A stretch of DNA of 64,000 bases from Eledone cirrhosa (lineage: Eukaryota): positions 1,302,001 to 1,366,000 of the forward strand of contig OZ024765.1 in the NCBI GenBank assembly GCA_964016885.1, read 5' to 3'. Below the pieces are notes generated by a model, which saw nothing but the letters and a program-made list of their open reading frames with translations, had not been told where the DNA came from and did not search any database. Position numbers and translations under genes: made by a program. Shown here piece after piece: positions 1 through 12,400 of this stretch (position 1 is its first letter; the number at the start of each line of letters is the position of its first letter).

Positions 1-1319
1 GAGGAATGACCCTTCCAAAGAGATTTAAGCATCAAGCTTTTTGGTGAATTCACTTTGTTTTCACTGGAGGTGGGTTTTCTCTTCTTCACGGAACCCTCAG
101 GACCTGGTTTCTCGTTTGAAGAGGAAGAGGAGGAAGAGGTGGGGATGGTGATGTTTTTTTCTCTCTGTTTTTCACCGATTTCTTCAAACAATGTCACAGA
201 TTCTTCAGAATCTGATTTCACTTCGCTTTTTGTAAAATCGGGTGGTTCCTTTTTGATCTCCTTACACAAGTTCTTCGGTCCGACTTCGGTAAATTCTTCA
301 TCGGAGTCAATGAATCTGGAACTGAACAAGTCATCATCATCATCATCATCATGACCGTTATCATCATCATCATCATTATCACCCCCATTGTTATTTTCTT
401 CATCATCGTCGCTAGAAATAAGAATAACTGCGTCTTCCTGCGAGTAGTTAAACAGAATTTCAGAATCTGGCAATTTCTCACCAGGTGGCGATCCTGGTTC
501 TTCTTTGATCTTTCTTTCTACCTTTCCATCTTCCTCCTCTTCTTTTTCTTTTACTTCTTCTACATCGCTCTCTTCTTCACTATTGTCCGATACAGTCGAT
601 GTTATATCGGGCAGGGTAATGTCAGAATCACTGCCGTCTGAAATGGGTATAGTGTCCAAGATGTTTTTTACACCACACACGTCTTTCACCTCACCTTGTG
701 GCCTTGCCAAACCTTTCTCTCTCACTGCTGTCGATAACTGAACTACGGATGTGCCTGGATCTAGCTTTTCGACATTCAACTCTGTGACTGGCATTCTGCT
801 GCAATGAAGAACATCGCCAACATCGTCACCAATGTCATCGTAATCGTCTTTCAGTTTAGATTTTTTCTGTAATGGTTCGTCATCGTCACGGCTACTGGGT
901 TTAGGTGTCGGTGCCGGTGCCGTGCACTGGGAACCGGGAAGGGATCTAAACTCTCCGTTAATTCTTTCTTTACAGTTATAAAGTTGAGACCACAATGTTG
1001 AATGTGGTCTAAAGCTTTCGGCTTCGTCGTTGTCGCGTTCGAGTTTCACATTGCAGGGCTGAGATGATGAGGAATCGAGTCTAAACTTCTTAGCGTCTCC
1101 AGGTCTCCAGCTAGAAGGCTGAGACGAAGGCAGCGTCGATGAGGCATGAGGTCTGCTATTAGACTTTGACCAATTCTTGAAACAACCAAAACACGTACAG
1201 CCGTCCTTCTTCCTGCCACTGTATGGACATCGTTTCACCTTCTCTTTGTCTTCTTCATCTTTTTCTTCTTTAATCTCTTTCTTACATGTTACTTTCTCTC
1301 CCCCCACCACTGTCTCCTC
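1..1319 (-). CDS. Large coding exon of an unidentified acidic/Ser-rich low-complexity protein, truncated by the window edge
   Basis: Acceptor ttttttgttctgattgacAG at 1321-1320, then an open frame of about 439 codons to the edge: EETVVGGEKVTCKKEIKEEKDEED...RCPYSGRKKDGCTCFGCFKNW...IKEEPGSPP...DDDDDDD...IKKEPPD...KKRKP. Family not recognised. Confidence 0.8.
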
Positions 1320-1487
1320 CTGTCAATCAGAACAAAAAAAAAACACAGAAAAAAAGAGAAACTGTTAAGGAAAGATAAACTAAACACACCTGCAACACAC
1401 ACACACGTATCTATGTAATATATATACACGTATACACATTCACATTTATATATATATACACCTATATATATATATATATGGAGGCAG

Positions 1488-1925
1488 TGTAGGTGTCATG
1501 ACAAAAAGCACCCAGTCCACACTGTAAAGTGGTCATGTAGGTGTCACGACAAAAAGCACCCAGTCCACACTGTAAAGTGGTCATGTAGGTGCCATGACAA
1601 AAAACAACCAGTCCACACTGTAAAGTGGTCATGTAGGTGCCACGACAAAAAACAACCAGTCCACACTGTAAAGTGGTCATGTAGGTGTCACGACAAAAAG
1701 CACCCAGTCCACACTGTAAAGTGGTCATGTAAGTGTCATGACAAAAAGCACCCAGTCAACGCCGTAAAGTATTTGGTGTTAGGAAGGGCATCCAGCCGTA
1801 GAAAACCTGCCAGAAACAGTTCTGTACAAGTAAGACACAGTCTCGCGACCAAACTAATCTTGCCTCAAGTGGGACAAAACCGTCTAACCCATGCTAGAGT
1901 GGAAGATGGACGTTAAACGATGATA
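1488..1925 (+). mobile_element. Dispersed SINE-like element with about 48-bp internal subrepeats and (GAT)n tail
   Basis: Subrepeat gtgtcatgacaaaaagcacccagtccacactgtaaagtggtcatgtag, then ggtgttaggaagggcatccagc...ccatgctag...gacgttaaacgatgat. Related copies near 12430-12800(-), 21460-21700, 33760-34340, 38460-38700, 41000-41260 and 57400-57620. Confidence 0.75.
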
Positions 1926-2841
1926 GATATGTATAGAAATTTGGTTGATTGAAAATCTGCCGACTTTTTCTTAACAGATGTAAAGCACTCCACGCTTTTT
2001 GTTCATCCAGAGTTTTCAACGTATTTTTTTGACTAAAGAAATTTTTAGCCTGATAGTGGGATTTAGAACTCTCTAAGAAATGGGGAAAAAATGAGTATTG
2101 ACATACATGTACAACAGTACTCATCTTTTTCCATTTCTCTGAGGGTTCTAAACCCCACTATCAGGTTAAATATCTTTAGTCAAAAAATACAGTGAAAGCT
2201 TCTATTTCTAATTAGTTAAATACATGTTATGAATGTCTAATATTTTATTTTCTTATTGGGAAAGTAGAGGAAATGACTGTAAGAGTCATTAATGAGAGGA
2301 AAAGAGGGGCAAAACAAGGACTCAAGGGCCACACATATCTGTGCACACACACATATTGTTATACTTTGGGAGGGTCAGGCCAAATTCAAAAACGGAATAT
2401 ATACATATATGGTGGGAGATCACTGAAATAACATCACTGATTTCCGCTTTCGTAAACCATATATATATATATATATATATATATGAAAAAGTATGACCCC
2501 GACGCAGAGCTCAAGCTGTCGAAACGGCTTGAGCTCTGCTATCGGGGTCATACTTTTTCCTATTACCCACTCTACTACCCTAAGTATTGAGTACTCTGGT
2601 GCGTTATGGTCCATTTGGTTCCTTACCACAATTCCTTTGTTATATATATATATATAAATGAGGTGTTTCCGTAGGAAAGGTAAAGGAAAAGAGAGTGCTC
2701 TATGTAGGCTACAGAGCTTTTTAGTTATGTAATACACAACATAAGATAATTAATTCATTTACCAAAGGTTTCTTGAAGACAGACGAGCTTATGTCTGCCT
2801 TCAATCATCAGAACAAATTTATTAAAAATATATATATATAT

Positions 2842-3250
2842 AATTGTTTCTACTTTAGGCACAAGGCCAGCAATTACCCAGTGCATTACTGGTACTTTAT
2901 TTTATCGACCCTGTAAGGATGAAAGGCAAAGTCAACCTCGGCGGGATTTGAACTCAGATGGTAAAGGGACGTAACTATGCTGGAAAGCATGGCGTCCAAC
3001 CCTCTACCGATACTGCCAATCCACCGCCCAATATATATATATATATAATGGTCTTTGATTTAAGTGAAAGGCTAACAATTTGAGGAGAGAGGGGAAAAGT
3101 GGATTAAATCGACCCAATACATTACTGGTACTTTATTTTATCGACCCTCGTAGGTATGAAAGGCCAAGCTAACCTCGGAGGGATTTCAACTCAGAACGTA
3201 AAGGGCCGTAACTCTATGCTGCAAAGCATGGAGTCGGACGCTCTACCGAT
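2842..3250 (-). mobile_element. Two tRNA-derived SINE copies
   Basis: A box tggcagtatcggtag, B box gagttcaaatcc, core gcctttcatccttacggggtcgataaaataaagtaccag (resembles a Meta/Sauria-type SINE central domain). Other copies at 5345-5725, 24440-24572, 47665-47853, 52605-52945 and 63772-63957. Confidence 0.85.
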
Positions 3251-3658
3251 AAAAGCTACGTGCTATAACAGTGTCAATACTTAGTAAACACTAACATCAT
3301 AACACTAACATCATAATAACACTAACATCATAAGCAGTAACTGAATTCAGTGTCGGTATTATACGTACCTATAACGAAAGATTACCCAAGGATTTTTTTT
3401 TTTTTTTGCTAAACAAAAAAGTTTTGCTAATATTATTTATTGCCGTGGTTAACTTTGCGTTTCATCATTGAGAGGTCGATAAAATAAAGTACCAGTAATG
3501 TACTTAGGTAATTGCTGGCCTTGTGCCAAAAGTTGAAACAATTATTTATTTTAAATTTTTTTTAAGGAACGTAATTTACCATATTAAAAATTGTTTAAAT
3601 ACAAGAAAATGAAACTACAATATATAAACACACACACACACATATATATATATATGTG

Positions 3659-3718
<60 letters not shown>

Positions 3719-3775
3719 TATATATATACATACACACACACACACACAGGATGTCCTGAAAATGTATATATAAAT

Positions 3776-3835
<60 letters not shown>

Positions 3836-5162
3836 CTCTAGAATATTATACACCAGAAAATCTGTCGAGTGCTCCTGAATCAGTTATAAACATTTTTGTT
3901 GAATTACCAACAAATTGAATATCCCTTCTGCTTATATATATCTATATAACTAAAAGCTAAATTCTCTCATAATAAAATAACTTAACATTCGAACCCGTAA
4001 CATTGCTTTCTAGCTAACCACCTTCTCTTCCCCCACACAAGACAATACACTGCTTATCACTATAAATGGTAACTCAGTGCAATTCGCAGATTACGACGAC
4101 GAACCCGAAGTTCACTCACCACAGACTTCGTCTGTCCCCTCTCTATCTCTCTCTCGCCTTTGGCCTACCCCACTCCCTCTCAACATCTATGAACCTGCCC
4201 TCTGGGGCAATAAATAATTCCGACCTTAACTATCAACGCATCTCTCTAAAAGTAACCAGTATAATAAAACCCCTACCATAACATTTTGATTAAGATATCT
4301 ACAAACCACTCTCTCCTATTTCTCCAACCCCTGCATATCTTTCTCTCTCTCCCCTCTCCCCTACTTTTCTCTCTTCCTTTTCTACTCTATCTTCCCCAAC
4401 AACCCCACTTAAGGGTATTTACATTGTACATTTTACCATTCTGCTCTGAGGATACAGTGGTCACAGCATTGGATATTTGAGTTCTGCAAATACTTGTAAA
4501 TTTGCACATAGCATAACTAGGCTGTAGTACCACCGTGGAAACATTTGTAAGCACACGGAATAAATTACCTTTTTATTATTCATTCTTTATATACACTCCG
4601 GAATACAAAAGGATCAGGAACTAAGTTTCTTCAACAATTCTTCCATAACTCGTAGAGTAACCTCTCACCGTACGTCAACCATATCCAGTGTAGTAATTAA
4701 CCATTACTACATCTAGGATAATCCTATACCTTATATATATATATATAAGTAGAAGTGGTATTTAATTTGTTATATATATATAAGGGTGAAAGCAGTGATT
4801 CTTTGCTTAAACTTTAATCTGTTATTTTAATAAATATTTGCTCTACGGTTCTTATATATTTGACATATATTTATCCTTATCGAGCCTTCTTTGGATTTTA
4901 GTCTTCAAATGTATTATTATTACTATATATACACACACAGATATATGTATAAATATACACATATCAACACACATATATATATATTTATTTATTTATATAT
5001 ATATACACACACATAAACACACACATGTGTTTGTGTCCAGGTTACATGGGAAGGATTTTTTGACGTTTTGCCTAAAATAAAAGTTGTCATTCTTCGACAA
5101 TTATTTAAAAAGAACGGAAAAAAGTTTTCTTTTAGTGAAAACAAAATATAAAACCAGCTTAC

Positions 5163-5260
5163 CATTCCTGTTGAAATAATTCTAAGACTAGGAAAGAAAC
5201 TTCGCTCATTTATGTGTCAGCCATTTCTAAAGTGTTGGCATCGCCGGTGTTACAGTTGAC
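5163..5260 (-). other. Candidate first exon of the left-hand gene, ending in the start codon
   Basis: caggaATG|GTAAGC donor (ATG 5165-5163). A phase-0 join to 1319 gives MEETVV. The 5' limit is a guess. Confidence 0.5.
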
Positions 5261-6112
5261 AATTCCCCTTTAGATATTTATACCAGCATGGTCGAATTAT
5301 TAGAGCCTCGGATAGAATGATTTCATGCGCACTCCCTATTATTCGGTTGGTTAGCAGTATCGTTAGGGCGTAGAATGTCAGACGCCATGCTTTGCAGCAT
5401 AGCGTTATGGCCCTTTACGTTCTGACTTCAAATCCCGCCGAGGTTAACTTTGCCTTTCTTCATTATCAGGTCGATAATATAAAGTACCAGTAATGCACTG
5501 AGGTAATTATAGAGCGGTGTATTGGCAGTATCGGTAGAGCATCAGACACCATTCTTTGCAGCATAGAGTTATGACCCTTTACGTTCTGAGTTCAAATTCC
5601 GCCGAGATTAACTTTGCCTTTCATCATTACAGAGGTCGATAAAATAAAGTACCAGTAATGCACTGAGGTCGATTTAGTCGACTCTCTCTTCCCTCCCAAA
5701 TTGCTGGCTTTTGTGCCTAAATTAAGGATTAACAGTATCGGTAGAGCGTCCGACACCATGCATTGCAGCACAGAAAGAGTGTTTTTTTATTTTTTATTTT
5801 TTTATTCTTTGATCCGTCAAAGTGACATTATTGAAAAAATGAGAAAAACAACTTATATACACATACACACACGTACACCTACACACACACACCACCTTCA
5901 GCCCTCCCCGCTCGCACACCCCGTCTCCCTCTCCCCACTCCACCCCTACACCCTTCCACCACCTGTTTTACTTCATGTGTATTATTATTATTTTTATTTT
6001 TATCATGCCTTTATATTTAATTTCATTTGTACCGTTTCCTCTCACCCCCTTTTTTCTATATGTCTCTCCACCACTCCCCTACACACCCTTGGAACTCTCT
6101 TCCCACACACTT

Positions 6113-6150
6113 TTCACCTGAAGAAGGGCTTATGCCCGAAACGTCATTCC
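6113..6150 (+). ncRNA. Hammerhead core, Penelope-type, stem I eroded
   Basis: CTGAAGA-agggcttatgccc-GAAA-cgTC, followed by AATAAA and (TA)n. Confidence 0.65.
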
Positions 6151-6414
6151 CCACCACCACCCCACTCTCAAGAGCGTGAAACTAATAAACCTTTGTTCGT
6201 ACTGCCTCTCTGTTTTGTTCCCGTTCAATTTTTTACTATATATATATATATATATATAGGTTGAAAAAAATGAAAACGAAATTTCATTTCTCACTCTTAG
6301 TATGGCACTTACTTAAATGTAAGTATGTATGTATACGTATATACATATATGTATACAGACGTACAGTAGCATGCACATATATATATATAGTAAACTTTAA
6401 TCTGTTCTTATAAT

Positions 6415-6449
<35 letters not shown>

Positions 6450-6656
6450 TCCGGGGTTCAATCGAGGGTAACCACAGTAAGTAAAGTACTCAATAAATTA
6501 GTAGAGTAGAAACATCAAGTTTAATTTAATATAGAAATGGCTTCTACAGGACTAGAACTGTTTCATTCAAAAGAAATCACGAGGAAATCCTTAATGATTT
6601 CTTCTAAATGAAAAAGTTCCAGTCCTGTAGAAGCCGTTTCTATATTAAATATATTA

Positions 6657-6773
6657 TACAGGGTGCCCCCCCTCCCTCCCCACACAAATGTGTACACACT
6701 ATGATTACCTGTACAGACAATATTTATTAGAATACTGTTGAAGTGAGTATATATTTTCAGCAGACACCCTGTG
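6657..6773. mobile_element. Tc1/mariner-type MITE
   Basis: TA-CAGGGTG...CACCCTG termini. Copies at 48667-48752, 49983-50062 and 51394-51490. Confidence 0.65.
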
Positions 6774-6917
6774 TGTGTAACATCATCCTTTTACGTCCGC
6801 TTTTCCCTGCTTGCAAGGGCTTCCAGATGATTTCTCCCGAATGAAACAGTTCTAGCCCTGTATATTAAATATTTATACTCTGCTATGTATTACCCCCGGG
6901 ATAAACTTATATATATA

Positions 6918-7110
6918 CAGTGGCGGACTGGGTCTAAAAATATTGGTTGCCAGGAGATGAAGGGGGCCCACCTACATATAGAATGCTATCATTTAATTTT
7001 TATAATGAATAAATAACATTTTCAAAAAATACATAAATGGAAACAAAACACTGAAATCAAATCTTACCTTCTCCAATAAAAAAAAAATGTATTTTGCGAA
7101 ATCCAGAGAC
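6918..7110 (+). mobile_element. hAT-like transposon end fragment
   Basis: Starts CAGTGGCGGACTGGG...GGGGGCCCA, typical of hAT termini. Other end not seen. Confidence 0.4.
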
Positions 7111-7584
7111 TTTCAATAATGACCAAAAGTCGACCCTAAATATTACTAATAGCTCTAGGAAAGCCATGAACGACACCACATCCTTTTAACTTTGATTTTG
7201 AAAGTAGGTTTATAAGTATCAATTTTCATTATACTTTCGTAGTTGTTTCGGTGGCCGAAAGGGAAGAATCATAGAGGGTGGTAATTCTGGTCAGAAGTTC
7301 GATCCTGGCCGGTAGTAGGGTTCTCCGTAAATATTTTCATTTTGTTTTCTATTGGTTATAAAAGTTGAAAAACTCTTGACATGGATCGAACCCAAGGCCA
7401 GGACCTCCACCATCTCTAGTTCTTACCGCTAGGCCACAGAAACAACTACGAAAATCCTATTTATAAACCTGCTTTCAAAATTTTCAAAGCAAAGTGTTGT
7501 AGTGTTGTTCATGTCTTTCTTAATGTTATTGCTCCTACTTATAGTCGACTTTCAATAATGACCTTTGGTCTTTCACACTCAATA

Positions 7585-7636
<52 letters not shown>

Positions 7637-7711
7637 TGTATGTATATGTCCCAAGGCTCTGATACCATCAACACTATAAACACAGAGCTGGCATATCTAG
7701 GAACTGACTAA

Positions 7712-7765
7712 CTGCCTGATGAGGTCATAGCCATTCAATGGCTATCATCGAAATATAGATAGCAG
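7712..7765 (+). ncRNA. Minimal type I hammerhead ribozyme motif
   Basis: ctgc-CTGATGA-ggtcatagccattcaatggctatcatc-GAAA-tatagaTA-gcag. Stems I and II and a short stem III all pair. Confidence 0.75.
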
Positions 7766-8681
7766 GAAATAAAGGATTATGAGTTCATGCAATTGACTTA
7801 TGTTTCGTCACTATATATATATATATTTATATATATATATATATTTATATACACACCACCTTCACCACTAATTGATTTGACAGATGACTTAAACCCATTG
7901 ATACCAAATATTATTTGGTCAGTAGTTCGTGTGTAAGTATATATATATATAAAAGAGAAAACACAGGTAAGCATTAAGAGAAGGATTTTATACCTGGATA
8001 AAATCCTTCTCTTAATGCTTACCTGTGTTTTCTCTTTTATACTTTATACTCCAAGATTGAACGGAATTCTTACAAACTTGTGGAGTTACCCCTAACCGTA
8101 CGTTGAAACCATCCATGAAACTGGCTTTCTTAACCATGAACTGGATCACAAAAAGCAATTTTTAGTCCAGCCAGCGACTTGAAAACTCTGGTACAAACAC
8201 TACACTTGTGACAATTATTGACACATAGTGCAGGGTCCATGGTACCATGTAACGACAAGTGCAGAGAGATCTCCAGATATAAAGCAATGCCTGTGCCGTG
8301 AAGCTTTTATAGTGAGCAAAGGCACTGCACAAAGCCAGTCCCACTCTCTTAACCAAGATGATATTTACCAAAAAGAAGAATAAGTCAACATCATTGGATA
8401 CCATCAGGGTTGCAGGTGTTATATCAGAGTTTTCCTTCTCCTAGAATTCTGCCTTGACAAAGGCTAAGGGGTCATCTCTCCCGGTGATTTTGGATGGCCA
8501 TTGACTCTTAAGAGCTCATTTGCCCTTTGACAGGTTTTGTTTTTAGTCCTGCAGGATGTCCAAAGTCACCCTCCTCACTAAGAAACCTTGGTGGGGTTGC
8601 CAGTTTAGTCGCCAACGACCCGACCATGAGACAGGTTGTACTGGGATACATGCTACCGGTAGCACCAACTGGTGACCTGAC

Positions 8682-8714
<33 letters not shown>

Positions 8715-9012
8715 TCTGGATATACCAACCTAGAAGCAGACACCAAATAAACTTTGAAGTAAGTTGTCTCCCTTTTTGTTCAACTGTTTCTTCACTGACG
8801 ACTATAGAAGAGTTGTGGCGGGGACAACTGTTGTAGTTACACCGCTGTTGACCTCCCTCATGTCAATGTGACTTATACTATATACATATATAATGTGTAT
8901 ATATATATAGTATATATGGTATTATTACAGCTCAGTTTAACCTCATTTGGTGTATTGAGTGGGGGTTACAGCCTGACAAATCGAATGGTTCGATAAATTA
9001 CCTGGATTAATC

Positions 9013-9160
9013 ATGGGGAACATTAGATCGGTTGTGTTTAGGCCGTTTAAAAACTTTAACATAGAATCAAGGGCACATCGGGAATTGGAGAGACAGCAAG
9101 TAAAGCCGGTTCGAGCTCCGAAATATCAACAAGATAGCAATACCCAAGGACAAGTACTCG
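9013..9160 (+). CDS. NDUFAF4: NADH:ubiquinone oxidoreductase complex assembly factor 4, exon 1
   Basis: MGNIRSVVFRPFKNFNIESRAHRELE..KPVRAPK matches the family NFNxExRA / KPxxAP motif. Donor G|GTAAAT, phase 1. Confidence 0.92.
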
Positions 9161-9507
9161 GTAAATATATATATATGTGTGTATATATAACTATTTCATC
9201 TGTCTCCCTAAATCTTTGGTAATGGAATAATTATATTGTTGTTTATTATGTAATTAAATACACACACACACACACACGTATATATATATATATATATACG
9301 CACATGCATATTTCTCTATTAATATACACCCCGGTATGTTATATAAGCCTGTAAATATTCTATATGCTTCTCTCTGTATACACACACACACACGTATATA
9401 TATATATATATATATCTACGCACATGTATATTTCTGTATTAATATACACCCCGTTATGTTATATAAGCTTGTAAATATTCTATATGCTTCTCTCGCTCTC
9501 TCTGTAT

Positions 9508-9552
<45 letters not shown>

Positions 9553-9722
9553 TATTTGTATTATATACCCCAGTATATTATATAAACCTGGAGATATTCC
9601 GTAAGCCTCTCTCTCTATATATATAGATATATATATCCAGGGAGTGTAACACGAAGTTACAGTAGGTTCACCCGGGTGAGCACTCGATGTTTAGGTTCGC
9701 GTCAGTATCGAGCTAGAGAGTG

Positions 9723-9767
<45 letters not shown>

Positions 9768-10391
9768 TGTATGGGTTTCCTGATGATTTCCTTTGAATGA
9801 AACAGTTCTAGTCTCGTAGAAGTCATTTCTATATTAAATATTTATACTCTGCTATGTATTGAGTACCTTACTTACTGTGGTTACCCCCGACTGAACCCGG
9901 GATAAACTTATATATATGTGTATATATAATATAAAATCAAAAGATGGTTAAAAGAGTTCCATGTATTTTATTATGCGCATTTCAAAAACAAATACCATCA
10001 TGGGACATATGATCCTTATCGAGCCCTCTTCGGATTTTGGTCTTTGTATTTATTATTTCGCTGAGGTTAACTATGCCTTTCATCCTTAAGGGGTCAATAA
10101 AATAAAGTACCAGTAATGTACTGGTGTAATTGCTGTATATTTCTGTTTGTTTTTTACATATATATATATGTGTGTATAAATTTAAATAAACGTCTGATAG
10201 AGGTGATAACACACACGAGTATGTGTGTATATATATATATATATTTCTGCTCTGTAATATATCTGATATTTTACATTGAGCTAATTATCTCATTTATAAT
10301 TATATATATAAGTATAACTATTACTATATATATATATATATATATATACAATATTAAATAAATGGAAACTATATTTATAAAACCATATTTA

Positions 10392-10453
10392 TTTCATTAT
10401 ATATATTTCAGGGATATCATATTAACAATATGCTATGCCTTCCTCAGACAAAA
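10392..10453 (-). ncRNA. Minimal type I hammerhead ribozyme motif
   Basis: ttttgt-CTGAGGA-aggcatagcatattgttaatatgatatccct-GAAA-tatataTA-atgaaa. Confidence 0.7.
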
Positions 10454-11676
10454 TACAATATAAACAGTTTTATAGATAAATAGATTCAACATACCGTAAC
10501 AACATCGACTTGCATTTGAAAAGGTTGATTTGGTAGTGAAAAAATTGTACACAGATATTGTAAATATACTCCAAATATTTGTCGAGTGCTTTTATATCAG
10601 TTATAAATATTTACTAGTTGTAACCCAACAATTTAAATATAACTTTCCATATATATATATATATAAATATATATATAACTATTACTATATATATAAATAT
10701 AACTATTACTATATATATAAATATAACTATTACTATATATATAAATATAACTATTACTATATATATATATATATAAGTATAACTATTACTATATATATAT
10801 AAAGTATAACTATTACTATATATATATATGTATAGAGAGAGAGAGACAAATAATAAATGTGAAGACTAAAATTCAAAGAGGGTGAAAGCAGCGATTCTTT
10901 GCTTAAACTTTAATCTGTTATTTTAATATATATATATTTCCTGAGTCAGTTTTCTCGTTGCTTTGGTCCCTGCGGCTGTCTAAATGTAATGTTATAACTC
11001 TAAGGTAAAATACCTTATTGAGTGCTTTAACTGCACATTCCGATTGCATTCGGTAGCTTAGTTGCAGCCAGAGCTTCGATTATGCTGTACTTCCATTTGT
11101 GTATATAGCATTTTAAGAGGTCCGTCGAGCTGCGGATTACAGAGTCGGGTAAGATCGATACAGATCGAACCTTGAGCTGATCAGTGGCGAAACGCGCGTT
11201 ACCAACCAATAAATGTAATGAAGGAGTAACCAATCGTCCTTGTTATCTTTTCAATATATATATATATATATATATATGGAAAGTTATATTTAAATATATA
11301 TATATATATATAACGATTTATCGAAGCGTTTGCTATGATTTTAAATATTTGATACGTTGGATTCCAACGTATCAAATATTATATAATTTGTGTATATTTG
11401 ATTTGTATATATATATATATAACGAGGGAAGTGTGGTAAGGAACGAGGTGGACCATAACGCACCAGAGTACTCGTTACAGAAATAGCCGTGGAAACGGCT
11501 CGATCTCTGCCGTCGGGGTCCTGACTATTTTCCTATATATATAAGCAGGATAATGCATGCACACAATTATATCGTATATATGTGTGTAATAATGAAAACC
11601 ATTAAAAATCTCATATCTTTTTCCTATAATTTCTGTTACAGGGGTTTTACAAATATATATATTTTTATATTTCCAG

Positions 11677-11765
11677 TGTCCCACGACATTGTCAAGGAGA
11701 AGGATGATCTGTTGCATGAAAGACTCAAAGTGGTTCGGGTTGAATCTACTGGACCAGCTAACCAG
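11677..11765 (+). CDS. NDUFAF4: NDUFAF4 exon 2
   Basis: ttccAG acceptor and CAG|GTATGA donor. Encodes SHDIVKEKDDLLHERLKVVRVESTGP (KDxxLxxxLKxVxVxS motif). Phases are consistent. Confidence 0.92.
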
Positions 11766-11974
11766 GTATGAAGTCACTACCCCCCTCTATATATTTGCTG
11801 TGAGAGAGAGATTTTCAGACCCGTCAACTCTCCCACCCACTTTAGGGTGGCTGAGAGATGTCTTCTCTTGTGAAAATGGGTATAGCTTTCATTATGGAAA
11901 ATCTCCCCCATTTCTCCTCGTTTTGGGACATTTTTTTTTCATGGTACTCCCCGTTTGGGTTTTTAGAGGTTGGC

Positions 11975-12400
11975 ATGTCTGTAGTGGAGTCTGTGCTGCT
12001 GTACGGGTTTGAGACTTGACGGGACACTCACTCAGATGGTGGATGGGTGCTACACAGGAATGCTGAGGATGGCTCTGAACATTGATCAGTATACACTGAG
12101 GATGAAGAACTCAGAGCTGTATGGGAGCCTCCCAAAAGTCAGCTCGAAAGTAACAGAGGAGACTGATGTTAGCTGGACATGTTCACTGACATCCAGAGTT
12201 GACACTGCACTCAGTGCTCCTGTGGGAGTCCCTGCATGGATACACTAGAAGAGGAAGACCAAGGTTAACGTATGTTGACGCTCTAAGGACAGACACTGTT
12301 CTCTGGGAGACGCAGGACATGGCAGCGATGATGAGGGACAGAGACTGCTGGAGAGAACTCGTTCTTGTATCTCGGGAATTTTTCCCGCCCTAGATAGGCA
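11975..12400 (+). mobile_element. Degenerate RTE-clade LINE 3' fragment in NDUFAF4 intron 2
   Basis: VVESVLLYG.E..., DGCYTGMLRMALNI, LAGHV, LLWE...RRGRPRLTYVD, with frameshifts and stops. Confidence 0.85.

Noticed and set aside
55-741. Plus-strand ORFs and the 218-481 minus ORF
   Set aside because: Antisense or off-frame shadows of the real minus-strand exon.
8410-8682. Possible HDV-like ribozyme in an RTE-like repeat end
   Set aside because: Could not assemble the nested double pseudoknot by eye; it needs a motif search.
8755-8835. gttgtctccctt / gggacaact motifs as NDUFAF4 promoter elements
   Set aside because: Plausible position, but short motifs cannot be assigned without TSS data.
11170-11215. 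Hammerhead-like gagCTGATCAgtggcGAAAcgcgcgtta
   Set aside because: The core has C in place of the conserved G and there is no stem II. At best a decayed relative, so it is not counted.
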